Assembly: GCA_002434805.1 (NCBI GenBank)
Contig: DJKW01000001.1
Span: 5,805 to 69,804, forward strand
DNA length: 64,000 nt
From: Patescibacteria group bacterium UBA6532
GTDB taxonomy: Bacteria; Patescibacteriota; Minisyncoccia; Minisyncoccales; UBA6532
Direction: 5' to 3'
The notes under the pieces were generated by a model that worked only from the letters and a program-made list of their open reading frames with translations, was not told where the DNA came from and searched no databases. Below are positions 40,550 to 49,955 of the stretch, one piece after another (the stretch's first letter is position 1; each line of letters starts with the position of its first letter). A program made the position numbers and the translations under genes.

Positions 40550-42101
40550 CGATTATTTTAGGAATTCTTTTTCTTAAAAAGGCGGGTACATCCCATTTTT
40601 TTTCTTCTTCGAGTATCTTTTCTTCCATCTCTTTGGCATCTTTTTTTAAATCTAAAGCGCTTCGCCTAACCTTCAAGTTATTAGTGCTTTCTTTTGGCTC
40701 TGTCTTATTTTCAATACTAGATGGCAGAATGACGGGAACTATCTCTGTTTTAGGTTTTAAACGAGAAGCAGATTTCTTTGATTTTGAAATTAATGGTTTC
40801 TTTTTTCTCTTTAAAGCTGGTTTCTTGGATTTTTTCTTTTTTGGATGTGAACTCTTTTTTGGTTTTTCGGTTGTCTTTGGTTTTCTTTTTGGTCTCCTCT
40901 TTGTTCTTTTTCTTTTCTTTTTTTCTAAAACAACGGGAGGAGGCAAGGTCTCTATTTTAACAATCTGCTTTGGTTTCTTTTTAGTTCTTTTGCTCTTGCT
41001 TCCGGTAGCCAGTAGAGTTATTTTTATCTTTCCGTTATATTTATTATCCTGGGCAATGCCGAAAATAATCTTTGCTCTTTTATTGGAATCACAAATGGTT
41101 TTACTGATCTCTTCAACCTCTTTCATCCTCAAATCTCTTCCAGCGTAAATGTTAAATAAGATTTTATCTACTGTAAAAGAACCCCCTTCTAAATGATCTT
41201 TGTCTTCATTATTGGGAAAACTGTATTCAGAAAGAGGATCAAGAAGTATTTTTCTTGCCGCTTCTTCGGCCCGATTGGGCCCCTGGGCCATTGTACTGTT
41301 TAAATAGATCAGCTTCCCTCTGCCGTCTAAAATTGCTTTTAAGTCGGCAAAATCAATATTAATTAAACCGGGTGAATAAATCATTTCAATAAGGCCCTCC
41401 AGACCTTCAACTAGTTTCTGGTTAACAGCGGAAAAAGCTTCTTGAAGAGGCGTTTTTTTGTCAATAATTCGGAAAATTCTTTCGTTGGGAAAGACCTGCA
41501 GAACATTTAAGTTAGGAGCTAATCTTTCTAAGCTGTTTTTGGCAATTTGATATTTCTTTTCTCCTTCAAACTTAAAGGGCAAGGTGAAAATTCCAAAGGT
41601 CATCACTCCGAGGTCTCTGGCAATTTTGGCAAATTGAGGAGCAGCTCCAGAACTAGTTCCCCCGCCTAAAGAAGCTACTAAGATACACAAATCAACTCCT
41701 TTAAAGAGTTTTACTATTCTTTGCTCTTCTTCTTTGGCAGCCCTCTGTCCAATTTTCCAGTCCATTCCGCATCCCAAGCCATGGGTTAGATTCTGGCCAA
41801 AGTTAAAAGTTTTTACTAATCGAGAAACCGATTTTAAAGCCTGGAGATCAGTGTTAGCAGTTATAAAATCTACTTTTTTAACCCTTGAAGCAATTTCAGA
41901 AATAATAGTCCCTCCTCCTCCGCCAATACCGATTATCCGAATCTTAGTCTTATGAGCCTTATTTTCTTCCAATCCGCTCCTTTTTACTGTCTTTCTTGCT
42001 TTTACCTTTCTCTTTTTCGCTTTCTTCGTTTTTTTTCTTTTCTTCAGAACTTTTTTAATTTTTCTCTTTTTCTTTTGAATTTTCTTCCTTTTTTTAGCCA
42101 T
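40533..42101 (-). CDS. ftsZ: Cell-division GTPase FtsZ with long poly-lysine N- and C-terminal extensions
   Basis: GIGGGGGTIISEI and GGGTSSGAAP tubulin signature, and the C-terminal peptide DVPAFLRK. An in-frame TTG at 41972 preceded by AAAGGAG could be the true start. Confidence 0.85.
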   Translation of the reverse strand: MAKKRKKIQKKKRKIKKVLKKRKKTKKAKKRKVKARKTVKRSGLEENKAHKTKIRIIGIGGGGGTIISEIASRVKKVDFITANTDLQALKSVSRLVKTFNFGQNLTHGLGCGMDWKIGQRAAKEEEQRIVKLFKGVDLCILVASLGGGTSSGAAPQFAKIARDLGVMTFGIFTLPFKFEGEKKYQIAKNSLERLAPNLNVLQVFPNERIFRIIDKKTPLQEAFSAVNQKLVEGLEGLIEMIYSPGLINIDFADLKAILDGRGKLIYLNSTMAQGPNRAEEAARKILLDPLSEYSFPNNEDKDHLEGGSFTVDKILFNIYAGRDLRMKEVEEISKTICDSNKRAKIIFGIAQDNKYNGKIKITLLATGSKSKRTKKKPKQIVKIETLPPPVVLEKKKRKRTKRRPKRKPKTTEKPKKSSHPKKKKSKKPALKRKKKPLISKSKKSASRLKPKTEIVPVILPSSIENKTEPKESTNNLKVRRSALDLKKDAKEMEEKILEEEKKWDVPAFLRKRIPKIIDDNKN

Positions 42102-42185
42102 TTTTTAAATATATTAATATAATTATGCTTTATTTAGCTTATCATCCAAAGAATTTTTCTGCAACTTAATATTATAAACGAATAA

Positions 42186-42731
42186 TTATTGATTACGAAG
42201 ATAAATTTTCTGAGAAATTAAAAAACTGATTATTAATAAAAAGGCGGTTAATGACATTATTGGGAAAGTGATATAGCCAAACTCCATTATAAATATCTTA
42301 GAGCAAGAACTTAAATTATTCAAAGTAGAACAAATAATCTGAGGAGGGTCGCCTACTTGAAGATAATAATGAAAACCAGCAATTAGAGTTCCAACTAGAG
42401 AAAGAACGATACTGTAATCTTTAATGTTTTTCTTCTTTTTCCAGAGAGCCATTCCTAATAAAATTACTTGAGGATACATAAATACTCGTTGAAACCAGCA
42501 AAGTTTACAAGGTTCCCATCCTACTATCTCTGAATAAAAAAGACTTACAATAGTAGAAACTAAAGCAACAATAAAAGCCAAGATAATTGCATTCTTACTA
42601 AAAAAACTTAAAATTACGTTTTTTTCTTTTTCACGAAAAACAAAAAAAGAAATAACCAATAAAATTATGGTAATTTGGCCAATAAGAGTAAATAAAGGAA
42701 AGATTTGATTTATTGTTAATACAAGTTCCAT
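42186..42731 (-). CDS. Disulfide-bond formation protein DsbB/BdbC family
   Basis: CKLCWFQRVFMYP matches the BdbC CxxC...QR loop. Four TM helices. Confidence 0.75.
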   Translation of the reverse strand: MELVLTINQIFPLFTLIGQITIILLVISFFVFREKEKNVILSFFSKNAIILAFIVALVSTIVSLFYSEIVGWEPCKLCWFQRVFMYPQVILLGMALWKKKKNIKDYSIVLSLVGTLIAGFHYYLQVGDPPQIICSTLNNLSSCSKIFIMEFGYITFPIMSLTAFLLIISFLISQKIYLRNQ

Positions 42732-42738
42732 AGACTTA

Positions 42739-43110
42739 TTAAGGAAGCTGACAATCGGTTTTCTCTGATAAATGCTTTAATGAAAGGACTCTGGGTTCTC
42801 TACTTCCATCAGAAAACTCCCAGGTCGGATAAACCTCAATTTCCTTTTCCTTGCACTCTCCAGTTTGCCTTCTCCCGTCTGGTGTTGAACATTCAATATA
42901 TGGAAGGAACTTTTGAGATTTACCAAATATTTTCTTTTGATCCTGACAATGTGGACACCAAAATGCTCCATAAAATATTACACCTTGTTCTTTTAAACAT
43001 TGAGCGAATTCATCAAGTTCCCCGGGTTTGCTTTCATAAAAGAATAAAAAGAAAACAATAGCGACAATTACTAATCCTACGACTCCCCATATAATAAGTT
43101 TTGTATTCAT
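42739..43110 (-). CDS. Membrane-anchored thiol-disulfide oxidoreductase (DsbA/BdbD-like)
   Basis: YGAFWCPHCQDQKKIFG CPHC active site. Confidence 0.75.
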   Translation of the reverse strand: MNTKLIIWGVVGLVIVAIVFFLFFYESKPGELDEFAQCLKEQGVIFYGAFWCPHCQDQKKIFGKSQKFLPYIECSTPDGRRQTGECKEKEIEVYPTWEFSDGSREPRVLSLKHLSEKTDCQLP

Positions 43111-43119
43111 ATTTTTATT

Positions 43120-43195
43120 CTACCAAAAAATCGCCTGTCTGGCGATTAGTCTATTTGAAATAAAAAAAGCCCATTAATGAGCTTCTATGTTTTCT
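43120..43195 (-). promoter_or_regulatory. Conserved terminator/promoter module, copy A: CTACCAAAAAAYCGCC-N5-GGCGATT plus a distal hairpin
   Basis: It is one of at least 12 copies, analysed in the findings below. Confidence 0.55.
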
Positions 43196-43212
43196 TTTGA
43201 ATAAAAGAACTT

Positions 43213-43500
43213 TCACTTTGCTATCGATTTAATATATTCTTCTAAACTTTTTGATGTAGCGTCTTTGACCTTCTCTTCTGACTTTTTAATTATTTCTTTT
43301 ACTTCATCTTGATTTATATTAAATTCATTAGATATCTTTCTGATTACTTTATCATCATTCTGTTGATTCTTTTTAAGATTAATGAATTTCTTTGATATTT
43401 TGTATTCATCCTTTGTCAATAAAAATTCTCTTTTTTTGTTGTTTTTCCTCAATATAAATATACCTAGAGTTAATTTTACTAAACTGTAATTAAAAGTCAA
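43213..43500 (-). CDS. Lys-rich hypothetical protein with an apparent TTG start
   Basis: No recognisable domains. Confidence 0.35.
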   Translation of the reverse strand: MTFNYSLVKLTLGIFILRKNNKKREFLLTKDEYKISKKFINLKKNQQNDDKVIRKISNEFNINQDEVKEIIKKSEEKVKDATSKSLEEYIKSIAK

Positions 43501-43565
43501 ACCATTGTAGTAAAAAAACCGCCTAAAAGACGATTTTTAGATTACTCTGAGTTTAAAGTTCTTCT

Positions 43566-44585
43566 TTATTTGAATTTGGAAAAACTTTCGCCTTTATATA
43601 CATCGATTTCGTTATGAATTAAATCTTGTAAAACATTCCAGACTATAATACTGATGATCAATCTATTAATAACCATTAACTGTTCAGTAAAAAAGAGGAA
43701 AAATTGTGTTAAAAAAATAGAAATAAGCACTGCTGTTTTAAACATTAGATAAGCCCTTAAACGCCGACGAATTAGCATTAAAAAAATACCTAAAACAACA
43801 AATACTCCAGATCCAAAAAGTGATAATAAAAGGCCCCACCAATAAAAAGGCAATTCTGGTGTTCTTTCTCTAAACATTGCAGAAAAATTCAAGACAGTTA
43901 GAATGCTGAAAAAACCAATAATAGAAGTTGCAAAATACGGGTTTTTAGTAATTTTTAAATAATATTTCCTTTTAATGTTCTTTAATCTTGTAGTCAGCCG
44001 TTTTTTCTCAAAAGGCACCATCTTAATCTGTGTAATCGCATGTCTTAATGTTTGGACAATTGAATTATTTGAATCACTATCGTTTAAAAATTTAACTGCC
44101 AGTTTTTTTTCTTCTGAATCTAAGCCATTTAAAACGCCCTCTTTTATTAACTCAATGGCGTTTATGAGGCTTTCTTTCGCTGATATTCCCTTAGACTCAA
44201 TGAATAATCTCGATATTAAGTATATCAAAATAAGAATTACATAAATTAAAGCAATTGTTGGTTGAAAGAAATAATTATTATCATGGGTTATAAACTTGCC
44301 CAACTCATCAATAAAAATCCCGAATCCAATACCACTTATAACTGCAGCTACAAGTTTAATCTGACGATTAAGAAATGTAATCAGTCCAATTATGGCTATC
44401 GTCATTAAGAGTCCTCCCCATAACATATGCGCTATGTGAAGCGATTCTCCGCCAATTTGAATATAATTAACTAAATTCAAAAAAAATCGGATAAACAATA
44501 TAGCTGCAACTGCTGAAATTAAAAACAATTCTATATGATCTCCTGCTTCAACATTTCTAGTAAAATAGTTAAATTTAATTTTCAT
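43566..44585 (-). CDS. Multi-pass membrane protein (hypothetical)
   Basis: About 8 TM helices. No recognisable domains. Confidence 0.4.
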   Translation of the reverse strand: MKIKFNYFTRNVEAGDHIELFLISAVAAILFIRFFLNLVNYIQIGGESLHIAHMLWGGLLMTIAIIGLITFLNRQIKLVAAVISGIGFGIFIDELGKFITHDNNYFFQPTIALIYVILILIYLISRLFIESKGISAKESLINAIELIKEGVLNGLDSEEKKLAVKFLNDSDSNNSIVQTLRHAITQIKMVPFEKKRLTTRLKNIKRKYYLKITKNPYFATSIIGFFSILTVLNFSAMFRERTPELPFYWWGLLLSLFGSGVFVVLGIFLMLIRRRLRAYLMFKTAVLISIFLTQFFLFFTEQLMVINRLIISIIVWNVLQDLIHNEIDVYKGESFSKFK

Positions 44586-44619
44586 ATTTTGGTTATCTAA
44601 TTTTGAGTTAAAAATTTCT

Positions 44620-45747
44620 TTATTTTAAATATTTTTTCCCTTTTAATTTATCTGGTAATAAATCTTTTTCAGTATATTTATCATATCCTTTGCCATAATC
44701 CAATTCCTTCATAAGTTTCGTAGGCGCATTGCGCAAAGATAAAGGAATCGGCAAATTGCCATACTCTTTTACGTCTTCCATGGCAGCCATATAAGCATCG
44801 TAAGATGTTCTATTTTTCTTACATTTAGATAGATAAGCAACTCCGTGAGCTAGGTTTATACCGCATTCTGGCAACCCAATGGTTTCTACGGCCCTGAAGA
44901 CATCATTAGCTACTACTAAAGCTGTTGGATGAGCCAGTCCAATATCTTCTGAAGCGAAAATAACCATTCTTCTTGCTATAAACTTAGGATCTTCCCCAGC
45001 ATCAATCATTCTGGCTAAATAATATAAGGCAGCATCTGGCTGTGAAGCCCTCATACTTTTAATAAAAGCCGAAATAGTATTATAGTGCTCGTCTCCCTGT
45101 TTATCATATCTTAAAAACTTTGATTGAAGAGTATTTTTTAAATTCTCTATATTAATTTTATTATAAAGACGGGATGTATTCTCCAACATTGTAATAACTT
45201 GCCTTGCATCTCCATTTGCCATAGCAATTAACCAATCTTTTGATTCTTTATCCAGCTTAAACCCAGTTTGTTGAATAATAGCCAGCATTTCTTTGGCTGA
45301 AAGTTCATTTAAAACAAAAACTCTGCAGCGTGAGAGTAGGGCTGGAATTACTTCAAAGCTTGGATTTTCTGTAGTAGCTCCAATAAGAGTTATATCCCCT
45401 CTTTCTACAAACGGAAGTAAGAAATCTTGCTGAGATTTATTGAAACGGTGAATTTCATCTAAAAACAAAATTTTAGATTGGTTTTTAATCTCTTCAGCTA
45501 TTATTTTTCTAATATCCGCTTTTCCCGCTGAAACAGCAGAAAGATCATAAAAGCGGGCCTTTAAACTATTAGCATATATCCTCGCTAAGGTGGTTTTTCC
45601 CGTACCCGGAGGGCCCCAGAGAATAAAAGAAAACAAATGTTTTTGTTTTATGGCAATATTTAAAGGTTTTCCCTCCCCCACTAAATGTTCTTGCCCTACA
45701 AATCCTTTTAAGGTTTTTGGCCTTATTTTTGAGGCTAACGGTTCCAT
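44620..45747 (-). CDS. rarA: Replication-associated recombination protein A (AAA+ ATPase RarA/MgsA)
   Basis: GPPGTGKTTLA Walker A, RarA-type layout. Confidence 0.85.
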   Translation of the reverse strand: MEPLASKIRPKTLKGFVGQEHLVGEGKPLNIAIKQKHLFSFILWGPPGTGKTTLARIYANSLKARFYDLSAVSAGKADIRKIIAEEIKNQSKILFLDEIHRFNKSQQDFLLPFVERGDITLIGATTENPSFEVIPALLSRCRVFVLNELSAKEMLAIIQQTGFKLDKESKDWLIAMANGDARQVITMLENTSRLYNKINIENLKNTLQSKFLRYDKQGDEHYNTISAFIKSMRASQPDAALYYLARMIDAGEDPKFIARRMVIFASEDIGLAHPTALVVANDVFRAVETIGLPECGINLAHGVAYLSKCKKNRTSYDAYMAAMEDVKEYGNLPIPLSLRNAPTKLMKELDYGKGYDKYTEKDLLPDKLKGKKYLK

Positions 45748-45751
45748 TTAA

Positions 45752-46258
45752 TTATTCTACCCTTTCTTGGTTTTGGATTATTTCACTAAAATCACCTTCA
45801 ATAATATGGGCCTCTGGTGTGGCATCAATAACCGTCTCTTTGGTGATAACTACTCTGTAATATTCTGAAAAACTCCCTTCAGCATTATATTCAAGCAGCC
45901 AAATACCTGCTTGATTCTTTTTCATGACGCCGGTTGAGAAAAATTTTAAGGGGCTTGGTTGAACCAACCATCCCTCGTATTTAATTCCCTCTTGAGGATC
46001 TGGTAAAAAAGCTGTAACTACATGATATAATACACCGTCTTTAACAAGGCGGTAAGCAATTCCTGAAGAATCACTCTCATCTACAACCTTAAGCACTGCT
46101 GATTGAGTATTAATATCACTTGTGATTATAGTTAAGATACTTGGCTTTTCTTCTTCATTAAAAGACTCTTGGCCGCCAGGAAAAATACTGTCCCTAGCAA
46201 TAAAAATAATAATACCTAGAACAATAACTGAAACTATGATAATAATTACTTTTTTCAT
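45752..46258 (-). CDS. Membrane-anchored protein with an anti-sigma-K (RskA)-like C-terminal domain
   Basis: YEGWLVQPSPLKFFSTGV...GIWLL resembles the RskA C-domain pattern. Confidence 0.3.
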   Translation of the reverse strand: MKKVIIIIVSVIVLGIIIFIARDSIFPGGQESFNEEEKPSILTIITSDINTQSAVLKVVDESDSSGIAYRLVKDGVLYHVVTAFLPDPQEGIKYEGWLVQPSPLKFFSTGVMKKNQAGIWLLEYNAEGSFSEYYRVVITKETVIDATPEAHIIEGDFSEIIQNQERVE

Positions 46259-46323
46259 AATAAATTATATATTAATTATTATTTAAACCCTTATCCCGGT
46301 ATAGTTTTCCACGACTATTTACT

Positions 46324-47049
46324 TCACCTCTCGAGTTTGGGACCGGTAATATCAGCATCATGGCTATATCCCACGCCCTTATACGTTCCTTTATAATCAA
46401 TATCGTCAGATAATTCTATTTTTGTAAGCCACTTAATCCATTTGTAGCCCCACTTATTCTCTGACACGAGCTGAAAAGGAAAACCTCTTTCTGGCGGTAA
46501 AACTACGTCGTTAATTTTATAAGCAAGAATAATATCATTGTCTATTAAAAAATCTAAAGGTAAAGAAGTTGTGAAACCATCACTCGCATAAAAGATGACT
46601 GCTTTGGACTCAGGCTTAACACTAGCCTCTTCCAGAATATCCTTGATTAAGAATCCCTCCCATAAGATTTTTGCCCTCCAACCAGTAACGCAATTAAGTT
46701 CAACTACTTTTGAATATTTAGGGAAATTCAAAACCTCTTGGTAAGTGTATGCTTTTGGGGTATTTACAAGACCAGTAATTTCTAGCTTGTAATCTTTAAT
46801 ATCTATATATTGTGTGCCACTAATAGATGTTTCTTTTAAGTCAGCAATAGATGAAAGATTCTGGCCTTCATATTCCCTAACTTCTTTCTCTTGAAGTTTT
46901 CTAATACTCTCTGGCTGCCATGGATCACTATAAATAAACAATATGGTCGAGATAGCTAATATAAGAAAAATGAAATGCCATAGTTTAAAATGTGCACCAC
47001 CTAACCCTATTTTCCTATCTAAAAAATTTGTTACGTATCTTATCTTCAT
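46324..47049 (-). CDS. Sulfite-oxidase-family molybdopterin oxidoreductase domain protein (MsrP/YedY-like)
   Basis: VELNCVTGWRAKILWEGFLIKDIL and GFPFQLVSENKWGYKWIKWLTKIEL parallel E. coli MsrP CVEAWSMVVPWIGFPL and [25 protein letters not shown]. Confidence 0.65.
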   Translation of the reverse strand: MKIRYVTNFLDRKIGLGGAHFKLWHFIFLILAISTILFIYSDPWQPESIRKLQEKEVREYEGQNLSSIADLKETSISGTQYIDIKDYKLEITGLVNTPKAYTYQEVLNFPKYSKVVELNCVTGWRAKILWEGFLIKDILEEASVKPESKAVIFYASDGFTTSLPLDFLIDNDIILAYKINDVVLPPERGFPFQLVSENKWGYKWIKWLTKIELSDDIDYKGTYKGVGYSHDADITGPKLER

Positions 47050-47102
47050 TAATCTTGTCTGACGTTTAGAGAAAGTCAGATAAAGACTTCTCTAAACTTT
47101 GA

Positions 47103-47630
47103 TTATTTTATATATTTCTCAAGCAATTCAAAATCAATTTTATCAAAATGATCATTATCCTCAACTATTTTTAATTCGGCGTTAAGATATTTCGCCAAAT
47201 CTTTTCCATGTTGAAGTGGCACTACCGGATCTTCTGTTTGATTAAAAACTATAAACTTTTGGCATGATTTTTTAATCACTTCCCAATCAAAATCCGTTTC
47301 TAAAAAATTTTCGATTCCTTCATACCCAGAACCAAGTTTCTTTATTGGTGAAGCAATAAGGATGCACTTACCAACCTTTTCAGTTATTTCTTCTAGATAC
47401 CTAAGAATTGTTGGCCCACCTAAACTATACCCAATAAGTATTGATTCTTTATCTGGATGAAAGTTTTTTATAACCTGAACCCACTCTTCTTTTTGAGGAT
47501 GCAAGGTATTAGGCATATCAGGAACTACTACCTCATAACCTAATTTTTCCAACCTTTCTTTTTCTTCTAAAAACCAATGTTCTCTCGAGTTACTCTCCCA
47601 TCCATGAATTATTAAAACTCTTTTTCTCAT
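47103..47630 (-). CDS. Alpha/beta hydrolase of the YdeN/RBBP9 serine-hydrolase family
   Basis: VLIIHGWESNS...GYSLGG. Confidence 0.55.
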   Translation of the reverse strand: MRKRVLIIHGWESNSREHWFLEEKERLEKLGYEVVVPDMPNTLHPQKEEWVQVIKNFHPDKESILIGYSLGGPTILRYLEEITEKVGKCILIASPIKKLGSGYEGIENFLETDFDWEVIKKSCQKFIVFNQTEDPVVPLQHGKDLAKYLNAELKIVEDNDHFDKIDFELLEKYIK

Positions 47631-47648
47631 AATTTCTTTAACTTTTGA

Positions 47649-48167
47649 TTATTTTACTTTAGCGTAAAGATGAACGTCCATGAACCTATTGTTTTTCTTA
47701 TAGTGTTTCTTCATAATTCCTTCAAATTTATAACCGTTATTTTCTAAAACATGCATTGAAGCTTTATTAGAAGAAAAAACAGTAGCATAAATTCTTTTTA
47801 GTTTTAATTTCTTAAATCCGATCTTTGTTGCTAATTTTACAGCTTCTGCCATAATCCCTTGTCCCCAATATTTTTCAGCTAACCAATACCCTATCTCTGC
47901 TTTATGTCCTTTAATTTTGGAAAAGCCAATTGAACCAACTAATTCATCTTCAATATCAATAACAAAATTAATTTCTGATTTCTTTTTCTCTTTATTAAAT
48001 TTTAAATTACAACTAACCCAGAAATGAGCATCTTTCTTAGTATATGGATAAGGAATCCTTAAAGTATTACGATAAATCTTTTTATTATTTATATTCTTTC
48101 TTAAAGATGCTTCGTCTCCTCTTTTATACGGTCTTAATATAAACATTTTTGAACGAATAATCACCAT
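47649..48167 (-). CDS. GNAT-family N-acetyltransferase (RimJ/RimL-like)
   Basis: GNAT motif A region ...WGQGIMAEAV... and VFSSNKASMHVLENNGYKFEG. Confidence 0.75.
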   Translation of the reverse strand: MVIIRSKMFILRPYKRGDEASLRKNINNKKIYRNTLRIPYPYTKKDAHFWVSCNLKFNKEKKKSEINFVIDIEDELVGSIGFSKIKGHKAEIGYWLAEKYWGQGIMAEAVKLATKIGFKKLKLKRIYATVFSSNKASMHVLENNGYKFEGIMKKHYKKNNRFMDVHLYAKVK

Positions 48168-48176
48168 AAATTTTTA

Positions 48177-48428
48177 TTAATTCTTCTCATAAATTCTTTT
48201 CCACCAAAATTTCCCCTGCCAAAAACCAAATAAAACCCCAGCAATAAAAAGAACAACAGTTCCTATGTGATGGATTGTGAACCATTGAGACCACGAAAAA
48301 CCAAAGCTATATTTTGGGAAATTACCGATTAAAAAACCAATATACCAAGTTTCAACCAAACCGTGAATTAAGAGTTGAAGTAAAATACCTAAAAATGTGA
48401 ATAAAATTATATAAATTTTCTTTTTCAT
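48177..48428 (-). CDS. Small membrane protein (hypothetical)
   Basis: 83 aa with two TM helices. Confidence 0.35.
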   Translation of the reverse strand: MKKKIYIILFTFLGILLQLLIHGLVETWYIGFLIGNFPKYSFGFSWSQWFTIHHIGTVVLFIAGVLFGFWQGKFWWKRIYEKN

Positions 48429-48436
48429 TATTTCAT

Positions 48437-48550
48437 TCTACCAAAAAACCGCCTGTTTGATAAGACGGATTTTGCGTCGTCTAAGAAACGATATTCGAAC
48501 CTATTTTATTGGATAAAAAAAGCCGTGAGTTAAGTAACACACGGTCTTTG
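48437..48550 (-). promoter_or_regulatory. Conserved terminator/promoter module, copy C
   Basis: CTACCAAAAAACCGCC..., the core CGTCGTCTAAGAAACGATATTCGAACCTATTTTATTGGATAAAAAAAGCC, and the hairpin CCGTG..CACGG. Confidence 0.55.
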
Positions 48551-48562
48551 GGCAATAATGAA

Positions 48563-49036
48563 CTAACTTTTTTTAAGGCTTGATTCTATTCTTTTACCGT
48601 TATAGTCAATATGGAAGAATTTAGTATCTTTTCTTGCTCTAGCTAATCCTTCGTAGAAATCCATTACAAGCTCATATCTCTCTTCATAGGCAGGTTTTCC
48701 GTTGTGGTCAATATGGAAGCCTTTGCTGTAATTGTCTATACTTACTCGAGCTAATCCTTCGTAGAAGTTACCTACATCATCGTATCTCTCTTTATAGGCA
48801 GGTTTTCCATTATGGTTGATGTGGAAGTATTCATTACCTTTTTTTACCTGAGCTAATCCTTCGTAGAAGTTACCTACATCATCGTATCTCTCTTTATAGG
48901 CAGGTTTTCCATTATGGTTGATGTGAAATCGTTTATTGTCTTTGCTTACTCGAGCTAATCCTTCGTAGAAAAAATTAGCTATACAGTCATAACCGAATTT
49001 CTTTTCTATCTTTTTTATATCTTCTTCGTTAATCAT
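48563..49036 (-). CDS. WG/KWG-like tandem-repeat protein, with four ~30-aa repeats FHINHNGKPAYKERYDDVGNFYEGLARV
   Basis: It shows both protein repeats and near-identical ~75-bp DNA repeats at 48757-48830 and 48847-48920. Confidence 0.5.
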   Translation of the reverse strand: MINEEDIKKIEKKFGYDCIANFFYEGLARVSKDNKRFHINHNGKPAYKERYDDVGNFYEGLAQVKKGNEYFHINHNGKPAYKERYDDVGNFYEGLARVSIDNYSKGFHIDHNGKPAYEERYELVMDFYEGLARARKDTKFFHIDYNGKRIESSLKKS

Positions 49037-49084
49037 TCTTATCGCGCCTATTATTACATTATATTATTAATTTGTCAAGACTCT

Positions 49085-49183
49085 TTACTAAAAAACCGCC
49101 TTTATGGCGATTTTGTCTCGCAATCTATAATGTCCGTCCTGGAATAAAAAAAGCCGTTAGTCTTTTTTATACTAACGGTCTTG
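49085..49183 (-). promoter_or_regulatory. Conserved module, copy D, followed by a TTGACA-N17-AATAAT promoter at 49037-49084
   Basis: Read directly from the sequence. Confidence 0.5.
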
Positions 49184-49206
49184 ATATTGGTACGTACAAT
49201 GTATTA

Positions 49207-49482
49207 TTACGTAATAATTATCTTCGAATGTATATTCTCATATCTTGATTCTTCAAACTTTATGCGCCACCCAACGCTTTCGTAGATTAATTTGAGCACT
49301 TCTCTAACATTTTCTTCCGGAAAAGGATCAGCATTTATTGATATTCTTCCTTTAGCTTCCAGAACAAATGATGCATTATCTTCATTAATCACTGAATCAA
49401 TTTTTTTTTCCAACTTATTAAGTATTATTAATTGTCCAACATCAAGAGCTTTCTTAAGGAAAGTTTCCTTTCTGACAACCAT
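49207..49482 (-). CDS. Hypothetical protein
   Basis: 91 aa with no recognisable domain. Confidence 0.35.
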   Translation of the reverse strand: MVVRKETFLKKALDVGQLIILNKLEKKIDSVINEDNASFVLEAKGRISINADPFPEENVREVLKLIYESVGWRIKFEESRYENIHSKIIIT

Positions 49483-49570
49483 ATTATTTCAACAGTATTG
49501 TAGTATAAATAATTAAGATAATCAAGTTATAAAGCCAAATCCTTAGGGACACAGCTCCTTTTTTTTATTT

Positions 49571-49640
49571 CAGGTCCGACAACGTAACTTGAACGACGTT
49601 AGAACCTATTTGGAATAAAAAAGCCCTAAAAGGGCTTAAT
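49571..49640 (-). promoter_or_regulatory. Conserved module, copy E, with the core CGACGTTAGAACCTATTTGGAATAAAAAAGCCC-hairpin
   Basis: Read directly from the sequence. Confidence 0.5.
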
Positions 49641-49670
49641 GAAAAGTAATAAGAAATTATAGAAATAGCT

Positions 49671-49925
49671 TTATAGTTTGCCTTCTTTTGCCTTTCTTAT
49701 TGCTTCCCTTATTTGTTTCTCTACTGTCTTTACTATTGCGTTCTCTATTTCTAGCGTAATGCTAACGTTCTCTTCTGTTAATGCTTGTTTTACTTCTACC
49801 TCTTTTCCTTTTATTGCTTGTTCTATATCAAGCTTGAAACCGTGGCCTAAATTATATTTGATTCTTCCTGTTGCACTAAGTATTGCTCGAAACGCTATAA
49901 GTTCTATCTTATCTATATTATCCAT
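49671..49925 (-). CDS. Hypothetical protein
   Basis: 84 aa, charged and alpha-helical. Confidence 0.35.
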   Translation of the reverse strand: MDNIDKIELIAFRAILSATGRIKYNLGHGFKLDIEQAIKGKEVEVKQALTEENVSITLEIENAIVKTVEKQIREAIRKAKEGKL

Positions 49926-49955
49926 TTGAATTTCATATTAGTAGATAATGAAAGT

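Noticed and set aside
40540-41148. Plus-strand ORFs of 202 aa and 60 aa antisense to ftsZ
   Set aside because: Their Phe/Leu/Ser-rich low-complexity translations are the mirror of the Lys-rich ftsZ tail, which is a shadow-ORF artefact.
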